The notes under the pieces are model-generated. The model saw only the letters and a list, made by a program, of their open reading frames with translations. It ran no database searches and was not told where the DNA came from. A stretch of DNA of 61,861 nucleotides, the filler included, from Globobulimina sp. (Eukaryota): NCBI GenBank assembly GCA_003354225.1. It is 27 parts of 27 records of this genome, joined end to end, with 100 filler letters (N's around TTAATTAATTAA, not from the genome) between each part and the next. Parts side by side here need not be neighbours in the genome. Positions count along the whole stretch, not along the records: positions 1 to 2,196 come from PIVH01008260.1; positions 2,297 to 4,492 come from PIVH01008261.1; positions 4,593 to 6,788 come from PIVH01008262.1; positions 6,889 to 9,084 come from PIVH01008263.1; 23 more parts are not named here. One strand, written 5' to 3'. Of the stretch, positions 1 to 9,184 are shown in pieces (the first letter of the stretch is position 1; each line of letters opens with the position of its first letter). The position numbers and the translations under genes are program-made.

Positions 1-1
1 G

Positions 2-1113
2 GAGGTAGTCATCGATGAGCGCAAATTGATGAAAATAAATGAATTAAAATTAAATAAAGATACGATAATGGCAATTGACGTAATTTGGCCAGATGCGGAT
101 GAAGCTGTACGCAAAGAAAGAGAGCGCATCGATAATGCAACAAAATGGACAGCTGACATTTCACCGGATATTTTTTTCCAAGAATATAGAAATTGGCCTG
201 AATACGAAGCCTTTATTGCAGCATTTTTATTAAGATTCCCAGAGATCGCATCGGTGGAAGTCATGGATACGCAGACAGTGCAAGGTAGGAATATATTGGT
301 CGTCAAATTGTCGACCGGCGGCAGTGGAAAACCCGGCTTTTATATTCAAGGATGCATTCATGCGCGAGAGTGGTTGGCCTGCGCTGCGGTGACAAAAATA
401 TTAAATGATTTGGCTGAGGGCTACGATCCGGACGATGATGATAATGAAATCACCGCTATATTGCAGCAAATGGACGTTTTTATCGTTCCTGTTCTCAACG
501 TTGATGGTTATATATTTAGCTGGGAAGTGAACAGAAATTGGAGGAAGAATCGAAGAGATTTTGGCTTAACATTTGGAGTGGATTTAAATCGAAATTACGA
601 CGGACCCGCAAATACGTGGTGCAGTGCTGGAGCCAGCACCAATCCGTCGAGTGATAGTTACTGTGGGCCATCGGCGATGAGCGAACCAGAAACTGTTGCT
701 GGCATTGATTTTATTCGAAAGCCGGAGAACAACATTCAGGCAGTCTTTGACCTGCATACAAGCGGGCAATATATTATGTATCCGCAGGCATGGACTGTGG
801 CGCCATTACCCTCGCCATACAATGAGGAGTATGCTACATTGGCGCAGCAAATGTCAGACGCAGTGTATGCTGTCAATAATTATCGATATAATGCAATTCA
901 ATGTGCCCCTACATTTTCCTTCAAATCCAAACGCCAACGGAGACGTATCATTGACTGGCAAATCACCACCTTGACTCCAACAAAAATCAATCGATGAACC
1001 TGCTAAGAGGACCTGGCTTTAATCCAGATCCAAGTAATATTATTCCCGGCGGACGAGAACAACTTCGCGCTGTGATTGTTGTTGCAAAGCAAATTTTGGG
1101 AATGCCAAATTAA
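2..1113 (+). CDS. Zinc carboxypeptidase, M14A family (5'-partial); segment 920-1002 is inverted
   Basis: GCIHAREW (HxxE zinc ligands), WRKNR, GVDLNRN and DLH motifs. C-terminus LRGPGFNPDPSNIIPGGREQ...MPN* is in another frame at 1003-1113. The missing AGSSIDF...AFGFE reads on the minus strand of 920-1003. Confidence 0.92.
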
Positions 1114-1499
1114 TATAATATTAATTGTATTATATAATTTTTCTTTTTTTATTTTATTTTGTCACATAAGCATGACAAGTAACAACAGACCGCATTTATA
1201 CATGTTTATAAAGTTACACTTGGTTATATTTCATAGGAAAGCTCTATTTAACAGTTAAACCAAAAAATGGAAACAGTATTTGTAGACTTGCAAATATGTG
1301 CAGTATATTGTTTCAGTTGTACATACAACCTTGTTTTAATTAGATTTATTGGATTGGTACAAAACAACAAGCAACAAACGTGTATTATAGATCCCATGTA
1401 CACGCACAAAAAATACCAGGTGACTCACTTAAAATTTTGCAAATAAAATTATTTTGCTGCTTATATTGGTGAATTTAATTTGCTGCTATACTAAGCTTT

Positions 1500-2000
1500 A
1501 TAACAGTCAATTTGTAGCCACTTTCATTTCCACCAAATATCACTGTATATACGAATCAAGCCAACAGCAGGTTGTAATTGCCTGATATTCGCTAAGTTCT
1601 TTTTTAAACAGAATTTCATATTCATATTCATATTCGACATCATTTCTTATCAACACTGCACAAATACCATCATCTCCGTCACATGCAATAAATCCATGAT
1701 TGTTTGGTGAAAATGCAATACAATTTACATCTGTTTCTGATGTATTTATAGATTGAATCTGATAATTTCCATATTGCTATGATCTGTGTCGTTAATGGTG
1801 GCCACATAAACATTGCCATCAATACAAGATATACAAATTATCGATAAATTGTAAAGGTTGTTAATAATATAGTCAATACAAGTGACATCACCGTGACATC
1901 ACCACAATTCCAAATATAACTCTGTTTGAATTATCATTCATAAATCTAATATTTGCGGTATATCCTTGAGACAAACTTGCTTCATGCAACCGTGAGTCTG
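1500..2000 (-). pseudogene. Decayed WD40 (G-protein beta-like) gene remnant
   Basis: Fragments in shifting frames: HGDVTCIDY, ISCIDGNVYV, SETDVNCIAFSPNNHGFIACDGDDGIC, AITTCCWLDS. Confidence 0.5.
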
Positions 2001-2060
2001 TGCTGTTTCGCAAATATAGTTTATAAAACAGCTAAAAAACAGCTTTTGTATAGGATAGTA

Positions 2061-2096
2061 TAGGATTTTTGCTTTTGGTTCATTTCTTCAATCAAC
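2061..2096 (-). repeat. 36-bp dispersed element, copy 1 (copy 2 at 15924-15959)
   Basis: TAGGATTTTTGCTTTTGGTTCATTTCTTCAATCAAC versus TAGGGTTTTTGCTTTTAGTTCATTTCTTCAATGAAC, 33/36 identical. Confidence 0.75.
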
Positions 2097-2196
2097 ATTT
2101 AAATTTTCTATTTTTACTAACATTTGAGTGCTTCACTTTGTAACTAAGTATGCTGACCATGGGCAATAACTCTTTGGCAAAATCCCCCAGATGGTC

Positions 2197-2296
2197 NNNN
2201 NNNNNNNNNNNNNNNNNNNNNNNNNNNNNNNNNNNNNNNNTTAATTAATTAANNNNNNNNNNNNNNNNNNNNNNNNNNNNNNNNNNNNNNNNNNNN
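2197..2296. other. Artificial contig spacer (N44-TTAATTAATTAA-N44); first of 26 identical spacers, about every 2.3 kb
   Basis: Identical 100-bp block with stops in all six frames. Contigs: 1-2196, 2297-4492, 4593-6788, 6889-9084, 9185-11380, 11481-13676, 13777-15972, 16073-18268, 18369-20564, 20665-22859, 22960-25154, 25255-27449, 27550-29744, 29845-32039, 32140-34334, 34435-36629, 36730-38923, 39024-41217, 41318-43511, 43612-45805, 45906-48099, 48200-50393, 50494-52687, 52788-54981, 55082-57275, 57376-59568, 59669-61861. Confidence 0.99.
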
Positions 2297-3510
2297 GTCC
2301 CCTGGGTTTTCTCTTTAACAATATCATCCACAAAAAATGGCAATGACACACGTTCCTTATGATCAAACGTCAAGCATTCATTATAATGATTACTTCCAAA
2401 CAACCAATGTTTGCCACCCACACACTGGCAATATGAGTGACAAGCGCCACATTCAATTTTCGCTATCTCATATTCTACCAAATCATTTATCAATTTTGGT
2501 TCAAAAACATCCATATTATCACCATGTCCACATTGACCGTCGCTGTTCAATCCCCATGAATATATCCTCCCTTTCATATCCATGGCTAAACTATGATGAG
2601 TTCCACATTCAATCTCTCGAATCACTATCTTGCCAACCACAAAAAAATCAAGTCGTGTTACTCCAGAAACGCTTTTATTATAATTACCAACGCCTCGCTG
2701 CCCACAATCATTCCTCCCGAATGACCAAACTGTTCCAGCATCAGAAACAAACAATGAATGAGCAAAACCACAGCGAATTTTAGCAATGTTTTTGTCTCGA
2801 AATGTAACCATTTCATTCCAATGAATGCCGTCCATTCCATCAGCACAAGTATCAAATTCAAAGTTACTTTGTCCGGCACAATAAACTTTATTTATTTGCA
2901 AGAAATTAAACACCAATGTGATGACTTCAGTTGGTGTTGAAACTCCAGTTAATTTAAACCAATGTTGTATGATAATTGTTGCCATATTGCGAGGTAATCC
3001 TAACGCAATGGTATAATCTGCAGCAGGTTGAATGTCCGTAATTGGATGAGTAGTGAAAAACGGTTGCAATGTGAGCTGATTTATATGCGAATGCGAATGT
3101 GTTCTGCTTTGCGTATTAAAACCTAACTGATATTTATCATTCGATCCATTCACATATATGTGGTTATCGACTGTTATCCAAAACGTAGAACGCGATGCAA
3201 CGTTGACACAAACGGTATGTACATTTATCGTTGATGTGTTGATTGGGGAGAAAGGCACATAGGCATTGCGAAAGGCAATGTCGTTGTCGGCGCCGCAAGA
3301 ACCGTCCACGTTGTAACCTGCTGCGTAAAAATTATTATGAACGTCGCGAAAGATGCTATAATCTCGGCCAGTATATATATTTGTGATATCGGCGGGGAGT
3401 GTGGTTAACACTGATTGCATGTCACCAATGGAGATCCGTCCTAATTGGCCAAAGTAATTCTCACCAATGACATACATAATGTTGGTTGGGTATTTTGAAG
3501 ACATGATCAC
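2297..3510 (-). CDS. RCC1-repeat (beta-propeller) protein, 3'-partial, with an inserted helical module of about 35 aa
   Basis: Repeated VWSFGRNDCGQRG, IYSWGLNSDGQCG, IECGTHHSLA and IRCGFAHSLF motifs. Confidence 0.9.
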
Positions 3511-3524
3511 ATGATGCGAAAATG

Positions 3525-4463
3525 CTAAAAAACCTTGTACTGCAGCGAGTAATTGAAATAAATAAAGTCAGGTTTGTAATACTCAAAAACAAGTTGTCTG
3601 TTTTGCAATGAAATATCGTTTATTGTTAGTTTATTTTCTCCGTTTTCTCCAATACAATGATGCCTTTCATTGGATTCGATCAATGATATATTTAATCCAT
3701 ACTGTTTCATCAAAGCAGTCAACTCTTTGCTTAAGTTTTCAAAATGCAGCACATGATCACACAGCAGATCTCCATTCAAATCATACACGTAATCATATTG
3801 AGGCAAACCATGGCAATTTAAATGACATGAATGCGCTTTGAAATCAGCAATTAATTGTTTTATTTGTCGATTTAGACTATCCACTGAACAAAATTCAGAA
3901 ATAGGGACATCTTCCAATACATTGTCATGTAAGTAAATGTATTCAGATAATAACCTCGTAAATGGATTACGTACAATGCAGAATAATTTATATTGTGTTT
4001 TGTCATAATAATCAAACGTTTTTAGATAATAACGAGGTGGAATATTATACGGGACACATTTGTGTAAGCATTTGGGCGATCTTTTGTTGATCCAACGTTT
4101 AAAAATGTAACGTTTATTCTTTTTTGGCAATGCATATTTGCCATATCTGAGATTTTGAGAGAATGCAGCGAGCTCTATCGAAGAACCGGCTGTGTTTGGA
4201 ATATGAATAAAGTTCAATTTATAACGAGACTCCAAAACTAATGATTTATTTTCATTCAAAGAAGTACCGATGGTTTGTTTCCTAGCGATTACAATAATAA
4301 CTATAAACATGATGAATGGCAATACCATCAACAGTAACAATATATAGCGGGTGTATTTTCCTCTAGATCCGCGACGGCGTTGTAAACCCATGAGCAATAA
4401 TTTGTTCTTCAACAGCAACATTTTCCTTGTAATGGGGGCGCCCTGACGAAGTCCATTAGGCAT
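3525..4463 (-). CDS. Golgi-type (type II membrane) sulfotransferase, Sulfotransfer_2-like
   Basis: N-terminal TM helix, FIHIPNTAGSSIE (5'-PSB-like), FCIVRNPFTRLLSEY (3'-PB), LHFENL, YYKPDFIYFNY. Confidence 0.85.
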   Translation of the reverse strand: MPNGLRQGAPITRKMLLLKNKLLLMGLQRRRGSRGKYTRYILLLLMVLPFIMFIVIIVIARKQTIGTSLNENKSLVLESRYKLNFIHIPNTAGSSIELAAFSQNLRYGKYALPKKNKRYIFKRWINKRSPKCLHKCVPYNIPPRYYLKTFDYYDKTQYKLFCIVRNPFTRLLSEYIYLHDNVLEDVPISEFCSVDSLNRQIKQLIADFKAHSCHLNCHGLPQYDYVYDLNGDLLCDHVLHFENLSKELTALMKQYGLNISLIESNERHHCIGENGENKLTINDISLQNRQLVFEYYKPDFIYFNYSLQYKVF

Positions 4464-4853
4464 TTTTGTTTTAATTATGTAAAATGAGTAAANNNNNNNN
4501 NNNNNNNNNNNNNNNNNNNNNNNNNNNNNNNNNNNNTTAATTAATTAANNNNNNNNNNNNNNNNNNNNNNNNNNNNNNNNNNNNNNNNNNNNAGCAGTTG
4601 AAAACAGAGAAAGCACTCTTTGAAAAAGAAGAAAGTGTAATAAAATGGAGCAGTTCACTCAAACAATATACTCTGAAATCACATGGTATTTAGATTAGTT
4701 CCGATAGATGTTGTCTCATAATTATTAATTAACTTACATGTATACCGAATATTTCCCTTGCGTTTCAAACAAACGTGAACCTGTTATAATGGTTTACAAG
4801 GGGCGGGGGGTGGTTATGTATCTGAATATAACGTTAAGAGTACTTAAGACTGA

Positions 4854-6788
4854 ATGGGTGCGGTAACTGCGGTTCTGAATAAGAAGCAACATGCTGAGAG
4901 ACAACAACCAGGAATAAAATGCTCCGGGAAACTGTCTGATTGTAAACATTACACCAATTTAATACCAACATTGAATTCTTATGATCACAGTGATGAACCA
5001 CAGAAAATTGATATCGATAATTTAAATATAATTGATATATTGGATGATTATATACATTTAATAGATTCACATGATCAACAATTCCACCAAATATTCAATT
5101 CATTTGACAAAATATGTGATATTAAAACATGCAAAATGTTTGAACGAAATCATAGAGAAAGAATGCAAGAGCATCACAATGCAGATGATTCCAAAGACAA
5201 TGCGTATGATTTGATGGTTAAACAACAAATATTAGACAAAATTCATTGTTATTTTCAACATTCATACGACATCGGACATAGATTAGTCAATGAAGAGAAA
5301 TCAATGGAGACTTTGGCTAAAAAACATGAATTATATCGCTATGCAAATGGCCAAGATAAGTCGAAAAAATTTAATTTACCAATATCAAATATAGCACCTC
5401 TTGAAAATAAAGAAAGCGAAGAATTTGATGATTCCATGTTTGAACCTGGTGTTATGTTTAAATATTTAAACAAATCACAAAATATTGATACCCTGCACAA
5501 GGATGTAGGTTATGCCTATGTTGACCGCAAATATTCATCCTTTAAACAAGAATTATTATCCAATCCAGTCGCTATTCTAGCGATACAACAATATAATTCC
5601 GAACTAAATAAAGCACAAAAACACTTTAACTCAAATTACTGTAAAATATTAGCAGCAAATCAGGAAACACAATCATCGAATAAGCCGCTGAAACTAAAAG
5701 TGTATCATATATTATCTGTAATGATTTATTGTAATTATGATAACTTGCAATATGAATTTAGTAAAACATACAGAAAGATTGATATAAACGAAAAAATAGA
5801 AACAATTGCTAAACGTCATCGGAATTTCTTTCATCTTGGTTTATTTTTGAAAGCAGTCGCGAATGAATTTAGTTATGAGACATCTGTGCTTAATGCAAGT
5901 GGTGATACTATAATGCGGTTCAAAACATTATATCACGGCATCAATCAGCCACTAATGTTTCCTTTGGAAGCGCCAGGCTATACACATATTAATGTTCCAC
6001 TCTCTACATCGACAGCATGGGGCGTTGCTGTTAATTTTTCAACCAACCCAACAAATGCAAAACATGGCATCATTGTTGAGGTAGAAGCTGGAGGATGGAT
6101 GGCAAAATATTTTGAATGCTGCTGGTTATCTGATTTTGCCAATGAGAGAGAACATTTATTTGTTCAGTCAAACACGCATTTATCGTTTATAAATGTTACA
6201 ATTTGTCCGCAAGGGATTGAATTAAAATGCGTTATTCGCGCGGCAAGGATTTTATGGCAATTTTGGGATTATAATAAAAGGAAACATACACAAAACATTG
6301 ATGAAGAATGTAAAGAAGTGACAACATCGCTGATTGAGCATGAAATGAAAATTCAACCCTTTAAATCGTTACATAATTATGCAATACATTTATTTCATCA
6401 ATTTTGTACTCGAAAAACAGGGATAAAAGTCGATTGGGATTTGATGACAGGAAATTATCAATTTCTATTGAAATATTTTAAAGTATCTGGGTTAGAATGG
6501 ATTGATATTAATCAATTTGTTAAATTGTATCCAAATATCGATTGTATTTGCACATATAATGTGTTTGTGTCCAATGCGATTTTGGAGAATTTGTTGTTTT
6601 ATTTAAAGACAAATGATAATATTATTGAGGTTGCGATGGAGGATGTAAAGAACTCAAAGAAACAAATTAAATCATTTATTAAGGAATATAAAATAAGATT
6701 TATTAAAATTGGATATGATATGCATCAAACTGGAGAATATCAAAAAATTATGAAACATTCAATTTACGTATCAGACTATCAGATATCA
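4854..6788 (+). CDS. Uncharacterised protein with a Cys/His-rich N-terminal domain and an ADP-ribosyltransferase-like domain (3'-partial)
   Basis: Open frame of more than 640 codons. LYHG (5928-5939), LSTST..VA..F (about 6000-6040) and LSDFANEREHLF (ExE at 6144-6152) follow the order of ART catalytic motifs. Confidence 0.65.
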
Positions 6789-6888
6789 NNNNNNNNNNNN
6801 NNNNNNNNNNNNNNNNNNNNNNNNNNNNNNNNTTAATTAATTAANNNNNNNNNNNNNNNNNNNNNNNNNNNNNNNNNNNNNNNNNNNN

Positions 6889-8936
6889 TTTTCATGGGCT
6901 TTTAATCGCATTTCAATATTAAACTTATCAGATCCTGTAAAATATAATAAATTCGCATAATAAAACTTATAATTTATAAATTTCAAATCAATCCTTCGAA
7001 AATACACTCGTTTACCTTCATCCTCATCGCATTTCATCTCCTCACTATTTTTATTTCTATTATCCGGATTGTCCAAAGTAATCATTATATCGTTATCATC
7101 CTCAAACGATGGAATATCAAATGTAAAATCATCCGGCACAGATAGCGGTAACTTATTATTATTATTATCATTCCCCACCTCCTCATACCTACATATTCCC
7201 ATATATTTAACCGGGCCATTCGCCAAATCTTCAACCAACAAACCTTTCTCTCGCAATCCGCAAACAATATCTTTCAACAATTCCTTTGAATGTTTCTTCT
7301 CTTTTACATATTTCTCACTTTTATGAGTCAATAATATGTCCACATCGCCGCAGTCTTTCTTCCCTCTCCGATACGAACCACATATATTCATAATTATTCC
7401 CGCATCGATCTCACGCAATACATCACTCACAATCTCGCCAATTTTGGTACATTGCGATCGCGGGATTCTTTTATTAATATATTGGAAATATTTTAGTCCG
7501 ATTTTTTGCTGATGATTTAATAAATCTTTTCTATTTCGTAACGCCTCAATGCTAAATATATTATGTTCTTTTACTAATTGCCTCGCTTTTTTTGGTCCAA
7601 TTCCATGGATTTGACATAATTCGTTGATGGCTTGGACACTGTCATCGGCCCGCAACTTATCCAATTTTTGTAAATGTCCCGTTGTTAATAGCTCCTCTAT
7701 TTTAGCTGCTATTTTTTTACCAACGCCGACGAGTTCTTTTTGTGCTTCTTGGCCTGACCTTATTTTCCTGCCGCTCTCTCTCAACGCTTTACACGCTTTG
7801 GAATATGCGTTGGCTTTGAATTTATTGCCAGCATTTCGTTCAATTATAGACAATTCCCACAGCGCATCAATTAATTCTTTATTTAAGCCAGAACCGGAAT
7901 ATTTATCGGAGTATTTGGAGGCGATGGGGATTCTTTTTTGTTTCTTTTTTTTTGGTGACTCGCTATCATCATTGTCACTGTTGTTTATTTCCGATAATTT
8001 GCGCTTTTTTTTCTTTGTTGGTTGGTTTAATTGCAATGGGGATGGAATATTTTCATTTTTATCACTTTCGAACATTGTTAATAATGCTGACTCAGTTCTG
8101 GGTCGTTTCGCAATTACTTTATTATTTTTATTGTTATTATTGTTATCTTCGTCTGATAAATCCATTAAACATCCATGTTCTGCTCCATTTTTGCAAATAT
8201 TTATAGACTCTCTCTTTTCTTGACAAACTTGACAACATTTATTTGTTTCTAAATTTTTAAATGTACACTTATGGCAATCCCAGCAATTATCGTTTTGTTG
8301 CTCTTTATCGCTTTTATTATCATCAATGTCCATTATGTCCATTGCATTTATGGATTGTTGGTATTTTACACATCTTATTTTTCGCGATTTATCTGATTCC
8401 GTATTGATTTGTAATAATTTGGTGAGGTCAATAATATATTTTGCGTGGGATAAATTGAGATTAATTTGTAAAGTGCCATTGTAATATGCAGATTGAATAT
8501 TATTTGATATATTGTCTGGATATTCGTGCCATTTATTCCCTCCTTTCCACTCCCAAACATATGTTGTTTCAATCTTATTATTTTCACTGTTTTTATTGTT
8601 TTTATTCTTTGGATTTATTGTTTGACAAACTTTACATTGTAATGATGTTCCTGTATTTAAAAAGGTACATTTTGAACATTCCCAATCTTCATTTTCATTT
8701 TCTTGAGCAATATTTGTTACTGTTGGTCTTTTATGGCCACAAATGGTACATATTAAATCAGATAATTTATTATCTAATGTACAATTATCACATTGCCATT
8801 CATCATTATTATCCTTATTCTCTTTATTATCAGTTGGTTTTGTAACATTTGTTTTGGTTTCTTCACAGACTTCACAAACTGATGCAGTCTCTAAATTATC
8901 AAGCCCACAATTACCGCATCTCCAAAAAGTTGACAT
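6889..8936 (-). CDS. X-family DNA polymerase (beta/lambda-like) with four RanBP2/NZF zinc fingers and a WWE domain (3'-partial)
   Basis: Four WxCxxCxxxNxxxxxxCxxC motifs. WWE: VWEWKGGNKWHEY...YIIDLTKLLQIN...RKIR. Pol X: AYSKA, GVGKKIAAKI (HhH), GIGPKKA, GSYRRG..CGDVDIL, RRIDL, LYFTGS. Confidence 0.92.
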
Positions 8937-9010
8937 TATTTTTACCGATAATTGAAGTTTTATATACCAACTGAAGTAAAACTATAGATACAAAACTACT
9001 CATCAGAGTC

Positions 9011-9084
9011 ATGTCAGGGTCAGGGAGTGAAGAAGAAACGCTGGACCTATCGGGGACTGAGACGATTCTCCTGGTCGAGGATGA
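9011..9084 (+). other. Bacterial-like fragment: start of a receiver domain of a hybrid histidine kinase (probable chimeric contig end)
   Basis: GC-richer stretch translating to EETLDLSGTETILLVED, typical of the linker into a REC domain. Confidence 0.55.
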
Positions 9085-9184
9085 NNNNNNNNNNNNNNNN
9101 NNNNNNNNNNNNNNNNNNNNNNNNNNNNTTAATTAATTAANNNNNNNNNNNNNNNNNNNNNNNNNNNNNNNNNNNNNNNNNNNN

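Noticed and set aside
2241-2252. TTAATTAATTAA recurring every 2.3 kb or so, resembling a regular repeat array or nanochromosome boundary
   Set aside because: It is always embedded in exactly 44+44 N and gives stops in six frames, so it is an artificial linker. Contig lengths fall monotonically from 2196 to 2193, which indicates sorting by size, not biology.
7624-8223. Long antisense ORFs (for example 7624-8223, 10628-11074, 23079-23561, 55744-56409)
   Set aside because: They are shadow frames of well-supported genes on the opposite strand and have no motifs of their own.
4854-8936. ART-like gene next to a WWE-bearing polymerase as an ADP-ribosylation gene cluster
   Set aside because: The genes are on different contigs separated by a spacer, so the adjacency is artificial.
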